Both the position numbers and the translations under genes were made by a program. From a bacterium (lineage in GTDB: Bacteria > Babelota > Babeliae > Babelales > RVW-14), in NCBI GenBank assembly GCA_043822925.1, contig JBDRBF010000041.1:1-64000 (forward strand): a DNA stretch of 64,000 bases, read 5' to 3'. The notes below the pieces were generated by a model. The model made no database searches. It was not told the origin of the DNA and saw only the letters and a program-made list of their open reading frames with translations. How positions within the stretch are numbered: the first letter of the stretch is position 1; each line of letters begins with the position of its first letter. Positions 10,035 through 19,617 of this stretch are shown here, one piece after another.

Positions 10035-12868
10035 GGAACTGAACCCTCAGTTTTCACAGGGATTTCTGAAAAAAACTTTTTGAGACTTTCTCTTTTCTCC
10101 TGCTGCACAGGAACTTCTTGTTGCACATTTTCTAGTTTGGGTTGGGAAAAAAATTTTTTAAGCTGCTCACGCTTTGGACTTTCAGAAATAAACTGTTTCA
10201 GCTTTTCTTTCTTATCTATCTGCCCATCTTGTACACTTTGAACACTAGTTATAGAAGCCTGTGAAAGAACATTTTTTAATTGTTCTCTACGCTCATCTAA
10301 ATCAGTATCAACAACTGTTTGACCTGTATTATATATAGGCTCTTGCATAATAGGCTTTTGAGATAATTGCTTAAGTAATGGCGTTGTCCCCATTATTTCT
10401 TGTTTTTCAGGTGTTACTGGCGCCATAGGCTCTATTCTTGCTACTTTTTGCGCATCTGCCCCCGCAACAGAAACGGGACCAACAGGCATGTCTGCTTGAG
10501 TAAGTATTTTCTTATCTTGCACTGGCACCGTAATTCTTTCAGCTACTTCTTCTTTAAGCTCTTCGCGCTTTGTCTGAGATCTATAATACGGATCATTTTG
10601 CATGTCTACCGTTGTTGGCTGATAACGCGCATTGGCAAAATCAACAACTTTATGTGAATAATTTTCTGACTCAGCATCAAAGAACCAATTAAAAATTGGA
10701 TCCCGAGTCTTTCTCGTCTCTACACCATTTTCAATACCCTCTGTAACTTGATGCATTTTCATTTTGGTATACAATTCCATACCAGGCAACTGACGAGGCT
10801 TAATAATTGTTGGAGCCATAAAAACAAAAACATACGTTTTTGATATATCTCGTCTTTGTTTTTTAAATAACCACCCCAAAATTGGTATATCAGCCAAAAT
10901 TGGCGTTTTTGTATTTTCATCCGATACTTTTGTTTTAACAAAACCACCAAGAACCAAAACCTGCCCATCAGCAACTGTCACCTGCGTTGTAAGATTTTTT
11001 GTCGTTTTATTCCCAGTATCTTCACGAATAAAATCATCAATGGTAAGCACTATGTCCATTTTAATAATTCCATCAAGATTTATTTGAGGGGTCAATTTAA
11101 TGTTTGTATCTGCCTTAAGCGTAGTAAAACCTTTAGCTGTTGTGCTTGGATCAAGTTCCTGTGAAACACGAACCTCTTTACCAAATGATATTGTAGCTTC
11201 TTTCTTATTAGCTACCGTTAAAAAAGGCTTTGATAAAATAGTCGCATTCGTTTGAGTCTTAAGTGCCTGAAAAACTCCCCAAATATTAGCATTTTTTCCA
11301 AACGTTAATGTTGCAGCACCATGAGAAGCCGCAACTTGCCCAAGCATACGACCAAGTAAATTAAGCGGATTTGTATTATCCGGAGCAAAAGACGGACTTC
11401 CTGATATAGCTGCTGACTGAAAATTAATAGAATTTCCCAACTGTCCCTCTTTTTTATTACGCAGAGCTCCACCGATATCTTTTATATTCGATGAATCAAC
11501 CGACACAATAAGTGTTTCTATAGCAACTTGAGGCTGAGGTTTGTCCAAATCTCTAATTGTTTTTTTTAGAAGCTTCCAGTCTTGTTTATCTGTCGAAGAG
11601 ACAACAAGACGATTACCACTTTTATCTACCTTAAATTTCATCTGCTTAAAATATTTTACCCCACCGCGAATAGACCCATACTTTGCGGCCTCTGCACCCC
11701 CCTCACTCTCCGGAGCCGCAGTAACCTCCTGCAATATTTGAGCAATTTGAGTTGCATCGGCATACTGTAGTTCAAAAATATGTAATGGCGATTCTACAGC
11801 TTTAAGTTCTGTATCAATATGATTAACAATAAAATCTTCAATTTTTTTAATAGGCCCAGCTGTCCCAAGCATTACTAAAGAATTTGTACGCGGTATCGTG
11901 AAAATTTTAATACCTGCCGGGAAATACTCTAACCCGCCCTCTGCTGCGCCACCAAATAAACGAGCAAGCGCTCCACCTTCAGACTTTTTGGTCATCAAAC
12001 CCTCAAGAAGCTCTTTCACGTCAGTTGCATTTGCATTTTTAAGCCTAAGAACAACAACACTCTCTGACTGCCCAGACCGATCAAGCTCTTGTACTAATTT
12101 AACCGCAGATTTTATGTTAAGAGACTTATCTGTAATAATAAACCCGTTCACATCCGTTTGAGTTATTAACTGGTGCTTATCACTCAAAAGACTCTCAAGT
12201 AAAGTTGTGATTGACTCAGTCGGTAAATTTTGTAAGAAAAACACATAACGAATAGTTATGTCACTATCGGGAAGCGTTTCAGCCGGAACGTTAATATATG
12301 ATGGTAAGGGTTCTGTAAGTTTTTTATCTTTTGGAATAACTTTATAAACATCGCCAACTTGAACAATACTAAACCCAGCCATTTCTAGCACGGTTAAGAA
12401 AATTTTATACGCACCATCAAGCGTTAGGGGGTCGCGTATTGATAAAGAAATTTTTGCGCCTTCTAAAGCTTTATCTGGAATCAAATTAAATTTTTTCAGT
12501 TCTGCCATGTAGTTTACAAAATTTGATAATTCTGTATTTTCAAAATTCAAATAAATATCGCGCTCTTCTTTTACTTCTTGCTGACCAGTTTTTTTTATTT
12601 GATCTGAATCAGATTTTATTCGAGCATTAGATTTTAGACTTGCAGGCTGAAGAACTTCTAACTGCTTAGCCAAAACTTGATCTGACTTTTCTATTTTAGT
12701 TTGAGCCAATTGCGGCTGCACCTGAGCTGCAGAATCAACCTGAACTTGAGCTACAGTTATAGGCTGCTGCTGTATACTCTGAGCTGCTGGCATGGCACTT
12801 AACAATGGAAATAATCCACCAACAAAACATCCCACAAACAAGGCTCTCGTCTCGAACAAAGCCCTCAT
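10031..12868 (-). CDS. gspD: Type II secretion secretin GspD, copy 1, with long C-terminal extension
   Basis: IYLNFENTEL, LDKPQPQVAIE, LTPQIN, VADGQVLVLGG, KTPILADIPILGWLFK. Confidence 0.9.
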   Translation of the reverse strand: MRALFETRALFVGCFVGGLFPLLSAMPAAQSIQQQPITVAQVQVDSAAQVQPQLAQTKIEKSDQVLAKQLEVLQPASLKSNARIKSDSDQIKKTGQQEVKEERDIYLNFENTELSNFVNYMAELKKFNLIPDKALEGAKISLSIRDPLTLDGAYKIFLTVLEMAGFSIVQVGDVYKVIPKDKKLTEPLPSYINVPAETLPDSDITIRYVFFLQNLPTESITTLLESLLSDKHQLITQTDVNGFIITDKSLNIKSAVKLVQELDRSGQSESVVVLRLKNANATDVKELLEGLMTKKSEGGALARLFGGAAEGGLEYFPAGIKIFTIPRTNSLVMLGTAGPIKKIEDFIVNHIDTELKAVESPLHIFELQYADATQIAQILQEVTAAPESEGGAEAAKYGSIRGGVKYFKQMKFKVDKSGNRLVVSSTDKQDWKLLKKTIRDLDKPQPQVAIETLIVSVDSSNIKDIGGALRNKKEGQLGNSINFQSAAISGSPSFAPDNTNPLNLLGRMLGQVAASHGAATLTFGKNANIWGVFQALKTQTNATILSKPFLTVANKKEATISFGKEVRVSQELDPSTTAKGFTTLKADTNIKLTPQINLDGIIKMDIVLTIDDFIREDTGNKTTKNLTTQVTVADGQVLVLGGFVKTKVSDENTKTPILADIPILGWLFKKQRRDISKTYVFVFMAPTIIKPRQLPGMELYTKMKMHQVTEGIENGVETRKTRDPIFNWFFDAESENYSHKVVDFANARYQPTTVDMQNDPYYRSQTKREELKEEVAERITVPVQDKKILTQADMPVGPVSVAGADAQKVARIEPMAPVTPEKQEIMGTTPLLKQLSQKPIMQEPIYNTGQTVVDTDLDERREQLKNVLSQASITSVQSVQDGQIDKKEKLKQFISESPKREQLKKFFSQPKLENVQQEVPVQQEKRESLKKFFSEIPVKTEGSVP

Positions 12869-12898
12869 CGACTTTTCCTACCTATTTTTTTATACGGC

Positions 12899-14026
12899 CT
12901 ATCTAACACGCGAATCATGCATGCGCATCTTCAAATTATTTAATAATCTTTCTCGTATACGAGCTATCGCATCTTTTTGTTCTGTACTTGAATGCTGCTG
13001 CCTAAATTGTCTAATCATGTCTTCTCGTTTTTGCTGTCTACTTTGGTCAAAGACTTCCGGCTTCTTCTCTTCTGGCTTTCCACCGGTAAATATTTTTTGA
13101 GAAGCCTTACTTATCTTGGCAAATTCATACAATAAAGTTTCATCCTGGCCGCCTCGTTTGACGACTAAACTAAACTTATCACCAATCTTGCCATCTGCTA
13201 TAGTATCATAAATATGTAATCTGCTCTTTAAGTCCGCTGTAGGAAGCTTATTGACTGACAATAGTATATCATTTTTTTGAAGGCCCAAAGCGCCCCCAAT
13301 ATCTCCTTGATCAAGTAGCCCAACTTTTAATCCAATCGGCTTACCAGTCTGATACGCCGTACCTATTATTGCTGCGCGTTCAATAAAGCTACCCAGTCCA
13401 TCAATCTCGTCTTTAAAATTATCTGGATCTATTTGATATGTTCTATCTTCTATTCTTTTAACGATATACTTCCAACGCTCTTCTGGCTTAGAATTATCTT
13501 TAAGATCATCTTTTCTTAAATAAAAAATCTCTTGCTGACCATTACCCCGAAGCAACACAATTCTGTTACGTGCGATTTTAACAATTTGAGCATCTTTAAT
13601 TTTTTCACCCAAATGATATAAGCCTTCTTTTTTAGTTTCATCTTCTATCATGGCAACGTTTTGATTTTCATCAGCAGAAATTATAATCCCCTTAATAATT
13701 ACTGTAAGAGGCGCAATAAACGACTGTTTTTGTAATTCAGGAACGGGAACGATTTCTGCCGGCTTTGGTTGTGGTACAGGAGTCACAAGCTCTTTTTTAA
13801 CAAGCTCAACTTTTTCTGGTACATACGTATCAAAAAGATCTTCTTTGTATATTTTTTCCAAACTTACAGGAAAAACAGCTTCTTTTTTCTTTTCTAAATC
13901 AAGGCTCACTGTTTTTGGACGAAAAACGGGAATCTGCACTTGAACAAATTGGCCTGTTACAAATGCAACAACAAACATCATTAAAAGTGCACTGTTCAGC
14001 ATCCACAATTGTGGCTTCATAACCAC
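12899..14026 (-). CDS. gspC: Type II secretion protein GspC (HR + PDZ domains)
   Basis: N-terminal TM, HR-like GII..AMIED...IVKIARNRIVL, PDZ-like LGLQKNDILLSVN; directly upstream of gspD. Confidence 0.75.
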   Translation of the reverse strand: MVMKPQLWMLNSALLMMFVVAFVTGQFVQVQIPVFRPKTVSLDLEKKKEAVFPVSLEKIYKEDLFDTYVPEKVELVKKELVTPVPQPKPAEIVPVPELQKQSFIAPLTVIIKGIIISADENQNVAMIEDETKKEGLYHLGEKIKDAQIVKIARNRIVLLRGNGQQEIFYLRKDDLKDNSKPEERWKYIVKRIEDRTYQIDPDNFKDEIDGLGSFIERAAIIGTAYQTGKPIGLKVGLLDQGDIGGALGLQKNDILLSVNKLPTADLKSRLHIYDTIADGKIGDKFSLVVKRGGQDETLLYEFAKISKASQKIFTGGKPEEKKPEVFDQSRQQKREDMIRQFRQQHSSTEQKDAIARIRERLLNNLKMRMHDSRVR

Positions 14027-14053
14027 TTACCCTTTTTGATAATGTCCCCTGTT

Positions 14054-15040
14054 TTATGGGGAAGGCACCGTACGCAAAATCTGTTGAATAATCTGATCTG
14101 TCGTAATATTCTCAGCCTCAGCTTCGTACGTCAATAAAATTCTATGTCTCAAAATATCTATAGCTACCGCTTTTACGTCATCTGGAATAACAAAATGCCG
14201 TTTTCTTAATAATGCATGCGCTCTGGCCGCGTGATTTAGCGCCAACGTCGCCCGAGGAGAAGCGCCATAATCAATAAAATATTGAATATCTTCAAGTTTA
14301 TATTCTTGCGGACTGCGCGTCGCAAAAACAAGAGATAAAATATATTCAGTAACTTTATCGTCAATGTAAACGTCTTGAACTAATTTTTTCGCCTCTTGCA
14401 TCTCAAGCTTGCCCATAATACTAAATACTTCTTGAGGTTGAAAGACTTTCTTTATAATTTGCTTTTCTTCACTTATCGTTGGATAATTTACCAATAATTT
14501 AAACATGAAACGATCCACTTGCGCTTCTGGAAGACGATACGTGCCTTCTTGATCTATCGGATTCTGTGTAGCAAGCACAAGAAACTCATCTTCAAGCTTA
14601 AACGTCTGATCGCCAATCGTAACTTGTCGCTCTTGCATCGCTTCAAGCAATGCTGATTGTACTTTTGCAGGGGCTCTGTTTATTTCATCAGCTAATAATA
14701 AATTTGTAAAAATTGGACCTTTTTTAGTCTGAAACTCTTGCGTCTTGGGATTATACACCAACGTTCCAATCAGATCTGCTGGAAGCAAATCGGGAGTAAA
14801 TTGAATCCGCTTGAAACCCAAACGTAACGTTTTTGCAATAGTATTAACCAATGTTGTTTTAGCGAGTCCCGGAACACCCTCTAAAAGAATGTGCCCATTA
14901 CAAAGCAACCCAATAAAAATACGATCTATAATATAATCTTGTCCGACTACAACTTTGCTAATTTCATTTTTTAGCGCAGTCCATTGAGCACTTTGTTCTT
15001 TTATTTTTTCTACTATTTGAGGTGAAACCTGATTTTCCAT
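14054..15040 (-). CDS. moxR: MoxR family AAA+ ATPase
   Basis: GVPGLAKT, RIQFTPDLLPAD, LADEINRAPAKVQSALLEAM, ATQNP, GASPRA. Confidence 0.95.
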   Translation of the reverse strand: MENQVSPQIVEKIKEQSAQWTALKNEISKVVVGQDYIIDRIFIGLLCNGHILLEGVPGLAKTTLVNTIAKTLRLGFKRIQFTPDLLPADLIGTLVYNPKTQEFQTKKGPIFTNLLLADEINRAPAKVQSALLEAMQERQVTIGDQTFKLEDEFLVLATQNPIDQEGTYRLPEAQVDRFMFKLLVNYPTISEEKQIIKKVFQPQEVFSIMGKLEMQEAKKLVQDVYIDDKVTEYILSLVFATRSPQEYKLEDIQYFIDYGASPRATLALNHAARAHALLRKRHFVIPDDVKAVAIDILRHRILLTYEAEAENITTDQIIQQILRTVPSP

Positions 15041-15206
15041 GGTATTTTTCCCATATGAAAATTATATTCTTTTTATTCTACACCTACCCAGAACTATCCA
15101 GGTACCTCTTCAATATATTTGAAAAAACAATATAACAAAATATAATTTTTGATAAAGTTGATCACAAAACTTTTTTAGCGTGAAATTAAGACCCGGACAT
15201 AAACAA

Positions 15207-16511
15207 TTACTTTGCTTTATTTATATCAATATTTAACGCCAATAACTTAGCACGCAACTGAGGAACCTCTAAATTCAACCGCTCACAAACTTGGCCCAAA
15301 TCATAATGACTATTTTTTAAATGATAAAGTAAAAAATTTTTTTCGAAAGCCTTTGTGGCATCTTGCAACGTATTAAACGTAATAAATACCTGTTCATCAA
15401 TAAATTGAGTATCTTTTTCACCCAAATATTTTCGCAAGACATCTGGCATTACTACAAAATCACCTTCTGGCGCAAGACAAACAATTTTTTTTATACACGA
15501 ACGTAACTGAGCAACATTGCCAAGCCACGTATAATTTCGCATAAGCCGCACACTCGAATTTGAAAAAATAACAGATTTAGCCTGGAGTCCATTTTCAATA
15601 TTAACAAAATAATTTATAAGCAATGGAATATCAAAGCGACGTTTACATAAAGACGGAATTTCGACTGGAATCATGTTTAACTTATGAAAAAGAGCACTAC
15701 TAAACCGTTCTTTTCTCACTAAATCAAACAAAGACGCCGTTGACGATGCTATAATCTTCACAACGTTGAAATCGCACTGCTCAATTAAAGACAATATTTT
15801 TTTTTGATGCTCAAGAGAAAGTGCCTGTATATTTTTGAAATAAAGCGTCTTACTTGAAGTATCTATAATATAACTATCAAGCAACCCGAAATCAGGTTCT
15901 CCTGCGCAATTTATCTCAATAAACCGAGCAGAAGATAATTCACACGTCTTTAGATTTTTACGATGAACATAAGAAGCGATAAGACTTTTTCCACTCCCAT
16001 GTGGACCATAAATAAGCAACGGCAAATTTAATGCTTCAATTTTTCTTACGTGATACATAAGCTCTTGAAACAAGAAACTTTTCCCCACAATACCATAATT
16101 CTCATAGTCGTGTTCATAGTTAATCTCAGAGTCCAAATCGCTAGAATTCTGTTTCAAGTCTGCCACTTTTGAAAGAATATCATCAAGATTTAATGGTTTT
16201 TCAATAAAATCGACAGCGCCTTTACTCACCGCTTGAAGCGCCATTGGTATATTACCAAACCCCGATATAATTATAACTTTTTGCTGAGGAAACTCTTTTT
16301 TTATACGCTCTAATAAATCTAACCCATTAATATTAGGCATAAAAATATCAAGAAAAATAAGATCTGGAATAAACTTGCCTATAACTGCTATAGCTTTTGA
16401 CGCATCAGCTACCGTCTGAACGATATAACCCTCGTCCTCTAAAACTTCTTGCAATGTTTTAAGAATTGCTTCTTCGTCATCTATAACAAGAATAACCGGT
16501 TTTTTGTTCAT
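15207..16511 (-). CDS. NtrC/NtrX-family response regulator (REC-AAA-HTH) with degenerate AAA domain
   Basis: REC (DDE, LDIFMP, KP), Walker A GPHGSGKS, INC, YTWLGNVAQL; no GAFTGA loop. Confidence 0.8.
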   Translation of the reverse strand: MNKKPVILVIDDEEAILKTLQEVLEDEGYIVQTVADASKAIAVIGKFIPDLIFLDIFMPNINGLDLLERIKKEFPQQKVIIISGFGNIPMALQAVSKGAVDFIEKPLNLDDILSKVADLKQNSSDLDSEINYEHDYENYGIVGKSFLFQELMYHVRKIEALNLPLLIYGPHGSGKSLIASYVHRKNLKTCELSSARFIEINCAGEPDFGLLDSYIIDTSSKTLYFKNIQALSLEHQKKILSLIEQCDFNVVKIIASSTASLFDLVRKERFSSALFHKLNMIPVEIPSLCKRRFDIPLLINYFVNIENGLQAKSVIFSNSSVRLMRNYTWLGNVAQLRSCIKKIVCLAPEGDFVVMPDVLRKYLGEKDTQFIDEQVFITFNTLQDATKAFEKNFLLYHLKNSHYDLGQVCERLNLEVPQLRAKLLALNIDINKAK

Positions 16512-16513
16512 TT

Positions 16514-17296
16514 TTATTGCCCATCGCCTGCAGAACTAGATCCTGATACCTGAACATCACTCATCATAGGACCAGTTGGCAATCCACGAATAAATTGATA
16601 CACATATGGATTATCCGATTCCCAGATATCTTTGGCTAGTCCCTTATACACAATTTTACCCATATGAAGCATGGCAACATGAGTCGCGTATTTAAAAACT
16701 TCTATGTCGTGCGAAATAACGATTGTCGTTGCTCCCAATTTATCATGAGTCTCTTTTATCAGTTCATGAATTAATCGTACTGTAACGGGATCTAGACCAG
16801 TTGTTGGCTCATCATAAATAAGAACACTTGGAGTTAACATTAACGTCCTGGCCAAACCAACACGTTTTTTCATACCACCAGACAATTCATCCGGAAATTT
16901 TTCAAGAACATCTTCCCCTAATCCAACACTTTTTATTTTTTCAGCAACGAGTGGCCGCACTTTATCTGGATGCATACCGTCTTCAAGCAAAGTTATTCCG
17001 ACATTTTCTAAAACATTAAGAGAATCAAGCAACGCTGCAAACTGAAATACATAACCACATTTTTTAAAAACAGATTGAAGCTCTGAGCCCTTTAATAACG
17101 TTATATCTTGCCCGTCGATAAGCACATTCCCGCTATCCGGATGGATAAGTCCAATAATTTGCTTGAGAAGAACAGATTTGCCTTCACCTGAACGACCAAT
17201 AATTGCAAGAAATTCTCGATCTCCAATTTCAAGATCAAGATCCCTCGTAATAACTTTAGAACCAAAGGCTTTTCTTACTTTTTTTAATTCTATCAT
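16514..17296 (-). CDS. mlaF: MlaF-type ABC transporter ATP-binding protein
   Basis: GRSGEGKS, LSGGMKKRVGLAR, YDEPTTGLDP. Confidence 0.85.
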   Translation of the reverse strand: MIELKKVRKAFGSKVITRDLDLEIGDREFLAIIGRSGEGKSVLLKQIIGLIHPDSGNVLIDGQDITLLKGSELQSVFKKCGYVFQFAALLDSLNVLENVGITLLEDGMHPDKVRPLVAEKIKSVGLGEDVLEKFPDELSGGMKKRVGLARTLMLTPSVLIYDEPTTGLDPVTVRLIHELIKETHDKLGATTIVISHDIEVFKYATHVAMLHMGKIVYKGLAKDIWESDNPYVYQFIRGLPTGPMMSDVQVSGSSSAGDGQ

Positions 17297-17311
17297 TTTT
17301 AAAACAAAAAC

Positions 17312-18085
17312 TTAAAACAAAAACGAAGTTAATATGTAATTTGCGACAAACACCGTTACGTTAGAATAGACAACGCTCTCTGTCGTGGCGATTCCAACAC
17401 CCTTAGAGCCGCCCTTAGTTACGTACCCTTTATAGGTACTAATAACCGTCAAAAGAAAACCAAAAGCTGTTGCCTTTATAAGACCAGAGGTAAAATCAGA
17501 AAACTCTACAGCTGCCCGTACCGCCTCAGAGTAAATCTCGGGATTAATATCAAGTAAATAAACCGATGTTAAATATCCAGCCGTAACGCCAAATAAAACA
17601 CAACATATAGATAAAAATGGCAAAATTATAGTACCTGCAATAATACGCGGAACAATAAGATACTGCTGCACATCTATACACAATGTCTGTAAAGCATCTA
17701 TTTGCTCCGTAATTCGCATAGTTCCAATCTCAGCTGTCATTGCTGATCCAGCCCGACCTATAACCATAATCGCCGTAAAGACTGGTCCAAATTCGCGCAA
17801 CATAGATAAATAAACAATTGGCCCAACAAAATGCTCTTGCCCAAACCGATGCAAGCCAATATAGCTTTGAAGCGCCAAAACAGCGCCGCCGAGTATTCCA
17901 ACCAATGCAACAACAGTCAAAGAACTCACACCGATATAGTGCATGTGGTAAAAAACCTTCTTGACCTTTAGCCTCGTTGTAAACATAGTACGAAAAGAAT
18001 CGATCAAAAATATTCCGATCTTTCCCATTCTTTCACAACTGTTTATCGCAATTCGACCTACAAGATCAAGAAGTCTTACAACCAC
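17312..18085 (-). CDS. mlaE: MlaE permease
   Basis: REFGPVFTAIMVIGRAGSAMTAEIGTMRITEQIDAL, GVGIATT.SVV. Confidence 0.9.
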   Translation of the reverse strand: MVVRLLDLVGRIAINSCERMGKIGIFLIDSFRTMFTTRLKVKKVFYHMHYIGVSSLTVVALVGILGGAVLALQSYIGLHRFGQEHFVGPIVYLSMLREFGPVFTAIMVIGRAGSAMTAEIGTMRITEQIDALQTLCIDVQQYLIVPRIIAGTIILPFLSICCVLFGVTAGYLTSVYLLDINPEIYSEAVRAAVEFSDFTSGLIKATAFGFLLTVISTYKGYVTKGGSKGVGIATTESVVYSNVTVFVANYILTSFLF

Positions 18086-18111
18086 TCTTTGATCCTAAAA
18101 CTTTTATTTTT

Positions 18112-18567
18112 TTACTTTTTCTCAGACGCTTCAGGCGCTTTATTTTCTTCTGTTTTTTTTGACTCTGTATTTACTGCAGGTTCAACTGGAACCTGAGTTT
18201 CTGCCTGTTTTTTTTGTATAAGCTCATCTTTAATATCTTGAGCTTCTTGAACAGCTTGTGCATTCTGAGTCGTTGGCAAACTTTGCTCTTTTTGTACTTT
18301 TTGCGTTGCCACAAAATCACCAAGACGGGACTGACGAGTTTCTTTGGATTTTAATATAGCAAGACCAAGTGAGCCCAAAATAAATATTGAACCAAGAATC
18401 CATGTCGTTCTTTGGAAAAACTCTTGGCCACCAGACCCACCAAAGAGCATTTGCGAACCCCCGCCTAAAGCTCCAAGACCCATATCACCTTTACCCTGCT
18501 GCAAAAGAATAAAGAAACCAAGAACAACACACAGTATAATAAAAAGAACCATCAAAAATCCGTACAT
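18112..18567 (-). CDS. secG: Preprotein translocase subunit SecG
   Basis: ILLQQGKG, Gly-rich loop, second TM; tpiA-secG synteny. Confidence 0.9.
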   Translation of the reverse strand: MYGFLMVLFIILCVVLGFFILLQQGKGDMGLGALGGGSQMLFGGSGGQEFFQRTTWILGSIFILGSLGLAILKSKETRQSRLGDFVATQKVQKEQSLPTTQNAQAVQEAQDIKDELIQKKQAETQVPVEPAVNTESKKTEENKAPEASEKK

Positions 18568-18622
18568 GCTGTGACCTCTCGTTCATCTAAAAATATAATA
18601 TGCTCGTTTTTTATCTTACGCC

Positions 18623-19408
18623 TTATTTAATAAGTGTACAGTGTACTATTTTTTTTAACTCTTGAAAATCCAAACTTGCCCCACCAATCAAAAAACCATC
18701 AATAAATTCATTTTTTGCTATAGAAACAATATTTTTTGATACCACACTACCCCCATAAATAAGCTTCCAATCGATATATGGGGCAATTTTTTTCACTTTA
18801 ACTGAAATCCAGGAAAATATGTTCTCTAGATGGTCTTTGGAGGGAACATCTCCCGTACCAATCGACCAAACCGGCTCATAAGCAATACAAACAGACAAAT
18901 TTTGATCTAAATACTGTTTTGCATTAATAGAATCCAAAATAGTATCCAGTTGCTGGGAGATAATATCTATAGTACGGCCAGACTCAAATTGGTCTTTACT
19001 TTCGCCTATACATATAATAGGCGTTATGTTTTCTTTAATTAATTGGGCAAATTTATGGGCAATCATACTATCTGTCTGCCCAGACAACAACCGTTGCTCA
19101 CTGTGCCCAATAATACAATATTCACAGCCAACTTGCTTAAGACTTTCCGCTGAAACTTGCCCTGTAAATGCTCCCTTACTATGGTCCGAGCAATCTTGAG
19201 CCCCAAAAGCCATATTTGTTGTTTTGAAAATCTGAGATAAAGTACTTAGTACAATCATCGATGGACATATTATAAGATTATGTTTTTCTCGATCTAAATC
19301 TATAACCAACTGGACAAGCTCATCATAATATTGAGTCGCAAAATCAATGCTCTCTTCAAACGTAAAATACATTTTCCAATTCAGAACAAACAAATATTTT
19401 TTCTTCAT
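18623..19408 (-). CDS. tpiA: Triosephosphate isomerase
   Basis: NWKM, GAFTG, IGHSE, AYEPVWSIGTG, YGGSV, GGASL; start placed at MKKKYLF (19408). Confidence 0.95.
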   Translation of the reverse strand: MKKKYLFVLNWKMYFTFEESIDFATQYYDELVQLVIDLDREKHNLIICPSMIVLSTLSQIFKTTNMAFGAQDCSDHSKGAFTGQVSAESLKQVGCEYCIIGHSEQRLLSGQTDSMIAHKFAQLIKENITPIICIGESKDQFESGRTIDIISQQLDTILDSINAKQYLDQNLSVCIAYEPVWSIGTGDVPSKDHLENIFSWISVKVKKIAPYIDWKLIYGGSVVSKNIVSIAKNEFIDGFLIGGASLDFQELKKIVHCTLIK

Positions 19409-19617
19409 GATTATTTCTTCGTTTTTTTTCAAATTGCTTCGGAGACTACTCTCTTTCAAACTTTTACTATTCTTTTGACATAAAATATATGATTTGTACA
19501 CAAATTTTTCACTTCCTAACCCAATCAAAGATTCTTGACTAAAACTAAATTTAACGTAATCTCAAAACTTGCATTTGTAGGGTGTTTTTATTACATATTT
19601 TTATTCGGTGACAAAGA

